From: Thermoanaerobaculia bacterium
GTDB taxonomy: Bacteria > Acidobacteriota > Thermoanaerobaculia > UBA5066
DNA: 64,000 nucleotides
NCBI GenBank assembly: GCA_963746875.1
Contig: CAVVDA010000002.1
Location: 378,610 to 442,609 of the forward strand
Reading direction: 5' to 3'
Shown here: positions 48,128 to 58,362 of the stretch, one piece after another
Position numbering within the stretch: the first letter of the stretch is position 1
How the letters are laid out: each line of letters opens with the position of its first letter
The notes under the pieces: model-generated
Databases searched by the model: none
What the model saw: only the letters and a program-made list of their open reading frames with translations
What the model was told of the DNA's origin: nothing
Translations under genes and position numbers: made by a program

Positions 48128-48733
48128 CCGTTTCCCCGCCGGCCGCGCGAGGAGAGCAAGGCGGCGGCCCTTGTCGGAGTCGTCCACGAGCTGCGCGAGG
48201 CGGCGCTGGCGTGTCTCGGGCTTCTTGGCGCTCATGACCCAGAACGTCGCGACCTTTCGGTACCCGGGCGGCTGCACCTGGAAGAACTCCCACGCCAGCG
48301 GTCTCGCGCGGAACGCCTTCGCCGAGGCGGGATCCAGTTTCGGCGCGCTTCTCTGCTCGAAGGAGTAGACGCCGGTGCGCTTCGCCTCGCGCGCTTCGAA
48401 CGCCCGGAGCCCCGCGGGCTCCATGCGGCCCGCCTTCCGGAGGCGTGCGACGTGGCGGATGTTGATGAGGCTCCAGATGCTACGGGGCCGGCGGGGCGAA
48501 AAGCGGATCGTCCAGCGGCCGTCGCCGAGCGAGCGGCGGACTCCGTCGATCCAGCCAAAGCACAGCGCCTCGTCGAGCGCCTGCTGGTAGGTGAGGCTCG
48601 TGCGGCAGGGCGCCTTCCTGAGGAAGCCGACGAAGAGCTCGGCCTCCTTCGCGTGGTGCTTCCCGAGCCAGCGCCGGAACGCGGCGGCGTCGTCGAAGAA
48701 GAGGGACTTCGGGGCGCTGGGCGACTTCGGCAT
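48122..48733 (-). CDS. YdeI/OmpD-associated family protein
   Basis: FFDDAAAFRRWLGKHHAKEAELFVGF ... ALCFGWIDG. Confidence 0.6.
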   Translation of the reverse strand: MPKSPSAPKSLFFDDAAAFRRWLGKHHAKEAELFVGFLRKAPCRTSLTYQQALDEALCFGWIDGVRRSLGDGRWTIRFSPRRPRSIWSLINIRHVARLRKAGRMEPAGLRAFEAREAKRTGVYSFEQRSAPKLDPASAKAFRARPLAWEFFQVQPPGYRKVATFWVMSAKKPETRQRRLAQLVDDSDKGRRLALLARPAGKRS

Positions 48734-48740
48734 GCGCGGA

Positions 48741-49694
48741 TCACGCCCCGTCCAGCGGGCTCCGGACGCCGCGGCCTCCGGTGTTGAGGACGTGTGTGTA
48801 GATCATGGTCGTCGCGACGTCGCGGTGGCCGAGGAGCTCCTGGATGGTGCGGATGTCGTAGCCGCTCTCGAGGAGGTGCGTCGCGAAGCTGTGGCGCAGG
48901 GAGTGGCAGGTCGCGAGCTTCGCGATCCCGGCGTCCGCGACGGCCCTCTTCACGGCGCGCTGGACGGCGGTCTCGTGGAGGTGGTGGCGGCGGATCTCGC
49001 CGCCGCGCGGGTCGGCGCTCTCGCGGTCCGCGGGGAAGACGAACTGCCACGGCCAGCTCTTCGCGGCGCCGGGATACTTGATGCGAATGGCGTCGGGGAG
49101 GTGGACGTCGCCGCAACCCCGCGCGAGCTCGGCGTCGTGCCGGGCGCGGACTGTCCTCAGGTGCGCCGCGAGGTCGGGCTTGAGCGCGGCGGGAACCATC
49201 GTGACGCGGTCCTTCTGGCCCTTGCCGTCCCGGACGAGGATCTCGTTGCGGGAGAGGTCGAGGTCCTTGACGCGCAGGCGCAGCGCCTCCATCAGCCTGA
49301 GGCCCGAGCCGTAGAGGAGGGTCGCGACGAGGCGCGGCTCGCCGCCGAGGCGGGCGAGGACGCGGCGGACTTCGTCGCGGGTGAGGACGACGGGGAGCCG
49401 CGACGGCCGCCGGGCCCGGACGAGCGCGGGCATCTCGGGAAAGGGCTTCTCGAGGACGTGCCGGTAGAGGAAGAGGAGCGCGGAGAGGGCCTGGTTCTGG
49501 GTCGAGGCCGCGACTCGGCCGTCCGTCGCGAGCGAGGACAGGAAGGCGTTGATCTCGGGCTCGCCCATCTCGTCGGGATGCCGTTTGCCGTGGAAGACGA
49601 CGAACCGCCGGATCCACCCGGCGTAGGCCTCTTCGGTCCGAAGGCTGTAGTGGCGCGCGCGGAGCGCGGCACGGACGCGGTCGAGGAGCTTCAT
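48741..49694 (-). CDS. intI: integron integrase IntI (tyrosine recombinase)
   Basis: intact 317 aa; block-by-block match to IntI1 including the IntI-specific insertion ([24 protein letters not shown]) and [39 protein letters not shown]. Confidence 0.9.
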   Translation of the reverse strand: MKLLDRVRAALRARHYSLRTEEAYAGWIRRFVVFHGKRHPDEMGEPEINAFLSSLATDGRVAASTQNQALSALLFLYRHVLEKPFPEMPALVRARRPSRLPVVLTRDEVRRVLARLGGEPRLVATLLYGSGLRLMEALRLRVKDLDLSRNEILVRDGKGQKDRVTMVPAALKPDLAAHLRTVRARHDAELARGCGDVHLPDAIRIKYPGAAKSWPWQFVFPADRESADPRGGEIRRHHLHETAVQRAVKRAVADAGIAKLATCHSLRHSFATHLLESGYDIRTIQELLGHRDVATTMIYTHVLNTGGRGVRSPLDGA

Positions 49695-49818
49695 GGGCTG
49701 CCGTGAAGAACTTAGGTCCGTCGCGAGCGTAAGTCAACCGTAAGTTTGATCCGAAAATGAGCCGCCATTCATTTTTTCCATGACGCGCCGCGAAAGGCGT
49801 GCTAGGTTCCCGGGCTGC

Positions 49819-50608
49819 CATGAATCAGATCGTCTGCATCGCCTATGTTCCCGACACGGAAACGAGGATCCGCATCGCCGAAGGCGGCGTCTCGATCGAC
49901 GAAGCCGACGTGAAGTGGATCGTGTCCCCCTACGACGAGTACGCGCTCGAGGGCGCGCTCAAGGCGAAGGAAGCGAAGGGCGGCAACGTCACCGCCCTGA
50001 CGTTCGGCCCCGCCCGCGCCGACACGGGGCTGCGCGAGTGCCTCGCCCGCGGCGCCGACGACGCGATCCGGATCGCCTCCGAGGGCCTCGGCGGCGTGGA
50101 CTCGCTCGGCGTGGCGCGGCTTCTGGCCGGCGTCATCAAAACGCTGCCTTTCGACGTCGTGTGGATGGGCAACAAGGGCGTCGGCACGGACGCGCAGCTC
50201 CTCGTGCCGATGCTGGCCGAGCTGCTCGACCTGCCGCACGTGAACCTCGTGACGCAGCTCGAGTGGAAGGACGGCGCGGTCCTCGCGCACCGCGAGATCG
50301 AGGGCGCGCAGGAGATCGTCGAGATGCCGCTGCCCGGAATCATCGGCGCCACGAAGGGGCTCAACGAGCCGCGCTACGCGTCGCTGAAGGGCATCATGGC
50401 CGCGAAGAAGAAGGCGATCGCCACGAAGACGCCCGCCGACGCCGGCGTCGACCCGGCGACGATCTCCGGCGACGCCGCGCACGTGCGCTGGACGAAGCTC
50501 GAGCTGCCGCCCGCGCGGGGGGCCGTGAAGCTCGTCCCGGGCGACGACCCGGCAAAGGCCGCGACGGAGCTGCTGCGGCTGCTGCGCGACGAGGCGAAAG
50601 TACTTTAG
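49819..50608 (+). CDS. etfB: electron transfer flavoprotein beta subunit
   Basis: intact 269 aa; VCIAYVPDTE... Confidence 0.9.
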
Positions 50609-50653
50609 AAAAAGAGAGAGAGAGGGAACGAAGATTTTCTTAGAAGGTGAATG
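50605..50653. repeat. dispersed repeat copy, etfB-etfA intergenic
   Basis: ttagaaaaagagagagagagggaacgaagattttcttagaaggtgaatg. Confidence 0.5.
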
Positions 50654-50705
50654 CGGGCGCCGCACGCCGGAACGCCGCACCTCGCGAGCGAGCCGCGCGC
50701 CAGAG

Positions 50706-50750
50706 CCCTCTTACCTTTCTAAGCAAATTCTTTTTCCTTCTTTTATTCGG
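50706..50750. repeat. dispersed repeat copy upstream of etfA (inverted partner of 50605); further copy 50836-50863 inside etfA
   Basis: ccctcttacctttctaagcaaattctttttccttcttttattcgg. Confidence 0.5.
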
Positions 50751-50758
50751 AGTTTGAA

Positions 50759-51740
50759 ATGAGCAACGTCCTCGTCTTCATCGAGCAGCGCGACGGAAAG
50801 ATCCGCAAATCGTCGCTCGAAGCATTGACTCTCGGCATACTCACTTTCTAAGAAAATCAACGGAGCGCTTGGCGCAGTCGTTGCCGGCTCTGGGATCTCG
50901 TCCCTGGCCGCCGAGCTCGCCGCGTACGGCGCCGCGAAGGTGTTCGTCGCGGACAAGCCGGAACTGGCGCTCTTCTCGTCCGAGGGCTACACGGCGGCCC
51001 TCGACGCCGCCGCGACCGCGTTCAAGCCGTCCATCGTCCTGGCCTCGGCCACGGCCATGGGCCGCGACGTCGCTCCGCGCTTCGCGGCGCGGCGCGGCGT
51101 GTCGGTGCTGTCGGACGTGATGACGCTCGACGTCGTGTCGGGCCGGCTCGCGGGCGAGCGGCCGGTCTATTCGGGCAAGGCGCGCGTTCTCGTCACGGCC
51201 GCTCCGAGCTCCGAAATCCAGATCGCGACGCCGCGCCCGAACGTGTTTCCGGCGTCGAAAGCCGACGCGCCGGGCGCGGGCGAAGTCGTGAACCTCGACC
51301 TGCCGGCGCTGAAGATCCGCGCGAAGGTCGTGAAGGTGGAGGCGGCCGAGGCAGGGGAGATCGACGTGGCCGAGGCGGACAAGATCGTCACCGGCGGGCG
51401 CGGCATCAAGGGACCCGAGAGCTGGCCGGTGCTGCGCGCGCTGTGCCACGAGCTGGGCGCCGCGCTGGGCGCCTCGCGCGCCGCGGTGGACGCGGGCTGG
51501 ATCGGGCACGAGCACCAGGTGGGGCAGACCGGCAAGGTCGTCTCGCCGTCGCTCTACATCGCGTGCGGCGTCTCCGGCGCGATCCAGCACCTCGCGGGCA
51601 TGGGCTCGTCGAAGGTCATCGTGGCCATCAACAAGGACCCCGAGGCGCCGATCTTCAAGGTCGCGACGTACGGCATCGTGGGCGACCTCTTCCAGATCGT
51701 GCCCGCGATGACGGAAGCGGCGAAGAAGCTGAAGGCCTGA
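50759..51740 (+). CDS. etfA: electron transfer flavoprotein alpha subunit; one N-terminal frame change next to a repeat copy
   Basis: [10 protein letters not shown]; [28 protein letters not shown]. Confidence 0.85.
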
Positions 51741-51778
51741 GGGCGCCTGTCCCAGGTGCGTGCGAAGCTCGCGGCGCG

Positions 51779-53584
51779 CTAGTTGACCGTCGCCGTGAAC
51801 ACGGAGAAGACGCGGCCCGCACCCGTTCGTGTAGAACATCGCGCACGATGTCCACGCCCGGGAACGGCCCGGGGAGGTAGGTGAAGACGCCGGGCGTGTC
51901 CGTGAACGCGAACTGGCCGCCGCTCTTGCTCTGCACGAGGACGAAGCGGAGCAGCGTCGGGTCCGGGACGCCCGTCACCGTGACGAACACGTAGCCGGAG
52001 CTCCGCCGGGACGGTGACGCTGCTCGGGTTCAGGATGGGCGTATACGGCTGCGTATCGACCGGAACGGTGAGCGTCTGCGAGACGACGTCCCCCGAGAGA
52101 ATCGGGAAGGCGTTCAGCGTGAAGACGGTCGTGCCGGTGATCGTCGTGCCGACCGCGCCGTTCGGCGCGAGGCCGAAAGGCGCCGACACCGGATCGATGG
52201 TGACGACGCGCGTGTTCTCGGTCTGCCACGACAGGACGATGTTCGACGACGCGCCGCACCCGCGCGAGGGATCGGCCGTGAAGAAGGTGATCACCGGTTC
52301 GCCGGGCTCGATGACGGTGGCCGTGAACGTGGCGGTCGCGGGCCCGCAGGCGCCGCCGGGAACGGTGAGGCGCACGATGTCGGTGCCGGTCGCCGTGCCG
52401 GACCTGTAGGTGAACTGGTTGCCGGTCACGATGAACGACGAGCCCGTGGACTCGTGCTTCTCGAACGCGATCGTGACGAGGGTCCCGGTGTACGCCACCG
52501 GGATCGAGCCCTGCACGGTCTGGCCGATGCCCACGGTCGCCGTGGCGGGCGTGGGCGTGGGCGGCGTCGTGGGCGGCTGAAGAGTGACCCTGCGCGTCGA
52601 CGTGGAGGTGGCGCCCGAGAGCGCGACGGCCGTGAGCGTGAGGTCGCCCGCCGACACGACCTGGAGGCTCACCGTGCCCGAGGCCGCGAGGTCGCCCGCG
52701 GCGCCGGTGATGTTCACGTGGTCCGCGCCCGTCGTCGTCCACGTCGCGGTGACGGCGAGAGGCGGGCAGCCCGTGGAGGGCGAGATCGAGAAGCTGGTGA
52801 TGACGGGCGCCGTCGAGAAGGCGCCGCGCGAGACGGACAGCGACAGGGCGCTGCCGTCGCTCGTGAGGTTGTCGTTCTTGATGGCGTACGGCAGCCCCGC
52901 CCCGGTGAGCATGCGGAAGCGCAGCGCGAGGTGCGATTTCTCGGCGGCCGCGGGCACGAGCGAGGCGAGCGACTGCTGCGCGGCCGAGCCCGGGACGGTG
53001 AAGATCTGGCCGGCGCCGATGGGGGCGCCGTCCTCGAAGGCCGCGACCTCGACCGAGCAGCCCTGCGACGAGAGCGGGCTGCACAGGACGCCCGCGTTCG
53101 TGCGCGCGCGGCCGGCCTCGGCGGAGGACGACGCGTCGGCGCCGCCGCCCCACGACTCGTCGCCCGCGGCGAGGAAGTCGGAGACCGGAAAGGCCGTGGT
53201 CACGGTGCCGAAGCGGCCGCTCGGCGTGTCGTTGAACGTCTCGGACCAGGCGTTCACGGGGGAGTCGCTCCTCAGGTGGTAGAGGAAAGGCCCCTTGCCG
53301 TCGACGGCCGCGGGCGCGGGGACGACGGCGACGTCGCGGGCGGACAGCGTGAACGGCACGCTCGCGAGCGCCGCGCCGCCCACGAGGAAGTCGATGGAGC
53401 CCGTGGCCGCGCCGACGCTCGAGACGTAGATGTTCGTGTCGAACCGCGCGTTCGCGCCCAGGCCCTTCGCGCCGGGACCGCCCCAGAGATCCGTGCCCGC
53501 GGGCGCGGCGGCCTGAAGGGCGCCGGCGGCGGCCAGCGCGAACACGATCGAAGCGGCCCGGAAGGACCTTCCCGGATGTGTCAT
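51779..53584 (-). CDS. large secreted Thr/Gly/Ala-rich beta-repeat protein (Ig-like/adhesin-like); C-terminal frame change
   Basis: signal peptide; repetitive TATGT/TGTT-rich low-complexity sequence. Confidence 0.45.
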   Translation of the reverse strand: MTHPGRSFRAASIVFALAAAGALQAAAPAGTDLWGGPGAKGLGANARFDTNIYVSSVGAATGSIDFLVGGAALASVPFTLSARDVAVVPAPAAVDGKGPFLYHLRSDSPVNAWSETFNDTPSGRFGTVTTAFPVSDFLAAGDESWGGGADASSSAEAGRARTNAGVLCSPLSSQGCSVEVAAFEDGAPIGAGQIFTVPGSAAQQSLASLVPAAAEKSHLALRFRMLTGAGLPYAIKNDNLTSDGSALSLSVSRGAFSTAPVITSFSISPSTGCPPLAVTATWTTTGADHVNITGAAGDLAASGTVSLQVVSAGDLTLTAVALSGATSTSTRRVTLQPPTTPPTPTPATATVGIGQTVQGSIPVAYTGTLVTIAFEKHESTGSSFIVTGNQFTYRSGTATGTDIVRLTVPGGACGPATATFTATVIEPGEPVITFFTADPSRGCGASSNIVLSWQTENTRVVTIDPVSAPFGLAPNGAVGTTITGTTVFTLNAFPILSGDVVSQTLTVPVDTQPYTPILNPSSVTVPAELRLRVRHGDGRPGPDAAPLRPRAEQERRPVRVHGHARRLHLPPRAVPGRGHRARCSTRTGAGRVFSVFTATVN

Positions 53585-53640
53585 CGGGCTTAGAGCTACC
53601 ACGGCTTATCTTACAACATGCTGCGCTATCCTCCCTTGCG

Positions 53641-55764
53641 ATGACGCTCACGCCGGCCCAGGCCACGTATTTCGGGCTCCCCGGAACACTCCTCTTCGCT
53701 CTTCTGCTGCTCGCCGCCCTTGCCTTTTTCACGTACACCGTCTCGCGCCGCGTCCAGCTCCTCACGCTCGGCGGGTCCCCCGAAAACCGCCTCGACCATC
53801 CGCTCGCGCGCCTCTGGCACATGGCCGAGTACGGGCTCCTGCAGCGGAAGATGTTCCGCGACCCGTACGCGGGCCTCTACCACGCCCTCATCTTCAGCGG
53901 TTTCGTCGTGCTCCTGCTGCGCACGCTGATGCTCGTCTTCGAGGGCCTCTTCCCCGGAGCCGGCCTGCCGTTCCTGCCGCGAGGCTTCTGGCAGGGCTAC
54001 CTTCTCGTCAAGGACCTCGTCCTCGTGACGACCTTCGCCGGCGTCGTCCTCGCCCTCGCGCGCCGCCACGTCGTGAAGAAAGAGCGGCTCGACCCGTCCT
54101 TCGACGCGGACCTCATCCTCCTGCTCATCGGCTTCCTGATGGTGACGGACTTCGGCGCGGGCGCCGCGAAGATGGCGCTGGAGGCGGCGAAGACGCCGGC
54201 TTCGATCGTCGCGGGGACCTCTGCGGCAGCCGCAAGCGCCGCCCTCGCCCGAAACGCTCTGTGGGAACCTCTGACCTATTCCCTTTCCAAGCAATTCTTT
54301 TCTTCTCTTTCTTTCTCTTCTCTTCAGTCAATCTATTTCGGCGCATGGTGGGCCCACCTCGTCGCGATCTTCGTGTTCGGGAACTACCTGCCGTTCGCGA
54401 AGCACTTCCACGTGATCACGGCGCTCCCGAACCTGTTCTTCGCGAAGCTCGAGCCGGCCGGGAAGATGGCGACGTTCGACATCGAAAAGGCGGCCGAGGC
54501 CGAGAAGTTCGGCGTGGCGAACATCGAGGACTTCACCTGGAAGCAGAAGCTGGACATGTTCACGTGCACCGAGTGCGGGCGCTGCCGCGAGGTGTGCCCG
54601 ACGCACCTCACAGGAAAGCCGCTCACGCCGAAGGGCTTCATGGTGGACCTGCGCAACGCGCTCTACACGGACGCGGACGCGCTCATCGACGCCGACGCGG
54701 GGCGCGGCGACGGCTCGGCGGAGGCCGCGCTCGCGGCGCGGAGGCCGCTCGTCGGAGGCTGGATCGACGAGGAGACGATCTGGGCCTGCACGACGTGCCG
54801 CTACTGCGAGCACGCGTGCCCCGTGGGCATCACGTACGTCGACAAGATCACCGACCTGCGCCGCCACCTCGTGCTCGCGAGGAGCGAGTTTCCGAAGGAG
54901 GCGCAGACCGCCTTCAACGGCATGGAGCGCCAGGGCAATCCGTGGAACCTCGCCGCCTCGGACCGCGCGGCGTGGACGAAGGACCTGCCGTTCCCCGTGC
55001 TGACCATGGCCGAGGCCGGCGCCGCGAAAGTCGAGGTCCTCTTCTGGGTGGGCTGCGCGGGCTCGTACGAGGAGCGGGGCAAGCGCGTATCGCGCTCGCT
55101 CGCGCTCCTCCTCCACGAGGCAGGCGTGACGTTCGCGATCCTCGGCACGGAGGAGACGTGCACGGGCGACGCGGCGCGCCGCCTCGGGAACGAGTATCTC
55201 TTCCAGACGCTGGCGCAGCAGAACGTCGAGACCATGAAGGGCTACGGCGTGACGAAGATCGTCACGAACTGCCCGCACTGCTTCAACACGCTCGCGAACG
55301 AGTACCCGGACTTCGGCGGCACGTTCGAGGTGATGCACGGGACCGAGCTCGTGTCCCGGCTCGTTCGCGAGGGGCGGATCCGTCTCGTGAACGGCGAGGC
55401 CCGCTCGATCTCGTTCCACGATCCCTGCTACCTCGGGCGACACAACGGCATCTACGACGCGCCGCGGGAACTGCTGAACGCGATCCCGGGGATCGCGCTG
55501 AAAGAGCTGCCCAGAAGCCGCGAGAACGGCATGTGCTGCGGCGCGGGCGGCGGGCGGATGTGGCTGGACGAGACGATCGGCGCGCGCGTGAACCAGGCGC
55601 GGTTCGCCGAGATCGAGGAGAACGGGACGGACGCCGTCGGCGTCTCGTGCCCGTTCTGCATGGTGATGCTCGGCAACGCGAAGACGGAGCTCGCGGGCAA
55701 GACCGAGGCGTACGACGTCCTCGAGCTGGCCGCAAGGGCGCTGCCCGTCCACCCTGGCCAGTGA
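53641..55764 (+). CDS. membrane-anchored (Fe-S) oxidoreductase, HdrD/GlpC-like
   Basis: intact; N-terminal TM domain; two ferredoxin CxxCxxCxxxCP motifs; two CCG (CX31-38CCX33-34CXXC) domains; carries an in-frame repeat copy. Confidence 0.8.
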   Translation: MTLTPAQATYFGLPGTLLFALLLLAALAFFTYTVSRRVQLLTLGGSPENRLDHPLARLWHMAEYGLLQRKMFRDPYAGLYHALIFSGFVVLLLRTLMLVFEGLFPGAGLPFLPRGFWQGYLLVKDLVLVTTFAGVVLALARRHVVKKERLDPSFDADLILLLIGFLMVTDFGAGAAKMALEAAKTPASIVAGTSAAAASAALARNALWEPLTYSLSKQFFSSLSFSSLQSIYFGAWWAHLVAIFVFGNYLPFAKHFHVITALPNLFFAKLEPAGKMATFDIEKAAEAEKFGVANIEDFTWKQKLDMFTCTECGRCREVCPTHLTGKPLTPKGFMVDLRNALYTDADALIDADAGRGDGSAEAALAARRPLVGGWIDEETIWACTTCRYCEHACPVGITYVDKITDLRRHLVLARSEFPKEAQTAFNGMERQGNPWNLAASDRAAWTKDLPFPVLTMAEAGAAKVEVLFWVGCAGSYEERGKRVSRSLALLLHEAGVTFAILGTEETCTGDAARRLGNEYLFQTLAQQNVETMKGYGVTKIVTNCPHCFNTLANEYPDFGGTFEVMHGTELVSRLVREGRIRLVNGEARSISFHDPCYLGRHNGIYDAPRELLNAIPGIALKELPRSRENGMCCGAGGGRMWLDETIGARVNQARFAEIEENGTDAVGVSCPFCMVMLGNAKTELAGKTEAYDVLELAARALPVHPGQ
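54275..54341. repeat. dispersed repeat copy, in-frame inside the HdrD-like gene
   Basis: cctattccctttccaagcaattcttttcttctctttctttctcttctcttcagtcaatctatttcgg encodes YSLSKQFFSSLSFSSLQSIYF. Confidence 0.5.
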
Positions 55765-55796
55765 GACGGATTCGCGCGAGGGTGTAATCTTTCCGC

Positions 55797-56228
55797 ATGG
55801 CCGAAGACTCGAAACCCCCGGGCTCGCCGACCCCGGCGGGCGGCGTGCGGCCGACGACGCGCATCGTCGGGCCCGTGGCGCCGCCGGTCTATACGGCCGG
55901 CGCGAAGACGGGCGCGGCTCGCATCTCGTCGGAAAACGAGCCTCTCGTCACCGAGGGCATGAAGGCCCGGCAGCGCCACATCCAGAAGAAGCGCCGCGTC
56001 GTGGCTTTGCTCCGGCAGGTCGAAGAGGAAGAGGTCTCCGAGCGCTGGCGGCGAGCCCGGGCCTGGATCCTCCGGGGCGTCGCCATCCTCGTCTCGATCG
56101 GCGTCTACCTGAAGATCCAGTCGATGTACGGCAACCGGTGGCCGATGCTCGCGGTGTGGGTCTTCCTCACCGTGATGCTCGGCGTGGCCGTCACCTGGCT
56201 GCTCTGGTACCTGGACTACTCAGACTAG
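55797..56228 (+). CDS. hypothetical membrane protein
   Basis: intact 143 aa; two C-terminal TM helices. Confidence 0.45.
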   Translation: MAEDSKPPGSPTPAGGVRPTTRIVGPVAPPVYTAGAKTGAARISSENEPLVTEGMKARQRHIQKKRRVVALLRQVEEEEVSERWRRARAWILRGVAILVSIGVYLKIQSMYGNRWPMLAVWVFLTVMLGVAVTWLLWYLDYSD

Positions 56229-56298
56229 ACAAAAAGGGAAAAACCCGACGGTTTCCTGAAGATTTCCCTCTCGCGGGTCCGCATGTTGTTCAGCGGCC

Positions 56299-57849
56299 AT
56301 GCGAAGACTCCGTATCGTCGTCATCGATCTCGTGAGCAAGGGTCCGACGCGTGCGACGTACGCGCGCCTCATGAACGCGAACTTCGCGAGCATCATGCCG
56401 CAGGTGGTCGCCGTGTGGTGCGCCGAGCTCGGCCACGACGCCTCCCTGGTCTGCTATACCGGATTCGAAGATCTCGTGGAGGAGCTTCCGCGCGACGTGG
56501 ACCTCGCCTTCGTCGGGGCGTTCACCGAGGCGGCTCACACCGCCTACGCCGTGAGCGCGCTCCTGAAATCCCGCGGGGCCGTGACGGCCCTGGGCGGGCC
56601 CCACGCCCGCTGTTATCCGCAGGACGCGGCCCGGTACTTCGACTACGTCCTCGGGTTCACAGACAAGCCGCTCGTCGAGGATGTCCTGCGCGACTGCGCG
56701 CAGCACAGACCCCGAGGCGCGCTCCTGTCGGCGAGAGGTCAGCCGGAGGCGCTGCCCGGGATCCGCGAGCGCTGGCCTTTCCTCGAGGCCATCCTTCGGA
56801 AGGCGCCGGCGTTCAAGATCGTCTCGATGCTCGGCAGCCTCGGCTGCCCGTACACGTGCAACTTCTGCATCGACTCGACGGCGCCCTTTCGCCCCATCGA
56901 CCCCGGGGTCCTGAAGGAGGACCTGTCTTTCCTGGTCCGGAAGCTCCGCCACCCGCGCGTCGGGTGGCACGACCCGAACTTCGGCGTGCGCTTCGATGAG
57001 GTCATGGACGCGATCGAGTCCGCCGTGCCGCCGGGCCGCGCGGACTTCATCGCGGAGAGCAGCCTCTCGCTCCTCTCCGAGGCGCGCCTGAAGCGGCTCG
57101 CCCGCAACGGATTCAAGGCGCTGCTGCCCGGAATCGAATCGTGGTTCGGCCTCGACGAGAAGTCCCGGACGGGCGGTCTGAAGGGAATCGAGAAGGTCCG
57201 CAGGGTCGCCGAGCACGTCAACCTCATCCTTCGCTACGTCCCGTACGTCCAGACGAACTTCGTGCTCGGACTCGACGTCGACGATGGCCCCGTTCCGTTC
57301 GAGCTGACGAAGCGGTTCGTGGACCTGACGCCCGCGGCTTACCCGTCGCTGCACCTGCTCACGGCCTTCGGCCAGGCCGCGCCGGTCAACCTCGAGTATC
57401 AACGCGCGAACCGCGTCACCCCCCTCCCGTTCCACTTCCTCAACAACAGTGAAGGCATCAACGTGAAACCGAAGAACTACGCCTGGAGGGAGTTCTTCGA
57501 TCACGTCATCGACCTGACCCGGTACGCGCTCTCCTGGCGGGCCATCGCGAGGCGATGGAGCGCCGGGCGGGGCTCGACCACGCGGGGGCTTCACCTCGTG
57601 AGGGGCGTCTCCGCGGGCGGCCGCGGATGGTTGAGGTCTCTCGTCGAGTTGCGGCGACGGATGGACGCCGACCGGGAGGTCCGCCGGTTCTTCGAAGACG
57701 GCCACGCGGCGCTCCCGGGGTTTTTCGAGAGGCGCATCCGGAGGGATCTGGGCCCGCTCTGGGAGTGGCTCCCGGCCGGGGCCCTGACCCACGACCCGAA
57801 CGAGTGGCTTGCCGCCTCGGGTGAGGCGGCGAAGACGCGAAAAGGCTAG
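56299..57849 (+). CDS. B12-binding-domain radical SAM protein (class B)
   Basis: intact 516 aa; CPYTCNFC radical-SAM cluster motif after an N-terminal Rossmann-like B12 domain. Confidence 0.7.
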   Translation: MRRLRIVVIDLVSKGPTRATYARLMNANFASIMPQVVAVWCAELGHDASLVCYTGFEDLVEELPRDVDLAFVGAFTEAAHTAYAVSALLKSRGAVTALGGPHARCYPQDAARYFDYVLGFTDKPLVEDVLRDCAQHRPRGALLSARGQPEALPGIRERWPFLEAILRKAPAFKIVSMLGSLGCPYTCNFCIDSTAPFRPIDPGVLKEDLSFLVRKLRHPRVGWHDPNFGVRFDEVMDAIESAVPPGRADFIAESSLSLLSEARLKRLARNGFKALLPGIESWFGLDEKSRTGGLKGIEKVRRVAEHVNLILRYVPYVQTNFVLGLDVDDGPVPFELTKRFVDLTPAAYPSLHLLTAFGQAAPVNLEYQRANRVTPLPFHFLNNSEGINVKPKNYAWREFFDHVIDLTRYALSWRAIARRWSAGRGSTTRGLHLVRGVSAGGRGWLRSLVELRRRMDADREVRRFFEDGHAALPGFFERRIRRDLGPLWEWLPAGALTHDPNEWLAASGEAAKTRKG

Positions 57850-57926
57850 GGCCCGTCTGAGTATCGGGCCGCCCTTGGTGCTCGCCCGCCTTCTCCCGGT
57901 CGCGGGCGAAGCCCGCGTCGGGCGAG

Positions 57927-58220
57927 CTACTCGTCGTCGAAGATCCCCTTCGGTTTTCCGGGGTCCTTCTGCGCCTGCTCGAGCGCCTGCCGGAACGTCT
58001 TGTCGAGGATCTCGCTCTTGTGCTTCTCGCGCTCGACCGTCGCCGCGAACAGGTCCTCGGCGCGGTCCTTGCGCCGCTGGTTCTCGCGGGAGGCTTCCTC
58101 GAACGAAGAGAGCTTGTTCTTCGAGGCCGCCGATTCGTGCGAGAGCACGGCGCCCGTGTCCGGGTCGACCTTCAGCGTGGAGCCGCAGTCGGGGCACAGG
58201 ACGAGGACGGTGTCGCTCAT
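57927..58220 (-). CDS. small zinc-ribbon protein (MJ0042-type)
   Basis: LCPDCGSTLKV...; 97 aa. Confidence 0.5.
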   Translation of the reverse strand: MSDTVLVLCPDCGSTLKVDPDTGAVLSHESAASKNKLSSFEEASRENQRRKDRAEDLFAATVEREKHKSEILDKTFRQALEQAQKDPGKPKGIFDDE

Positions 58221-58318
58221 GACTTCGGGGAATTATCCTCCGAAGGTGAATTCCCCGGGAGGAGAAGACTGGAAGAAGCGGCTGAAGGCGCTCGGCATCG
58301 TGCGGAAGAGGCGGACAG

Positions 58319-58359
58319 CCCCTCTTTCATTCGAAGAAAATCTTCCTCGTTCTCTTCGG
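58319..58359. repeat. dispersed repeat copy in the divergent intergenic region Zn-ribbon<->yraN
   Basis: cccctctttcattcgaagaaaatcttcctcgttctcttcgg. Confidence 0.55.
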
Positions 58360-58362
58360 ACT

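Noticed and set aside
49695-49818. Direct repeats CGTAAGT-caac-CGTAAGT upstream of intI as an attI site with IntI-binding repeats
   Set aside because: No GTTRRRY core follows them, and the downstream genes (etfBA) are core metabolism, not cassettes. More likely part of the intI promoter/operator.
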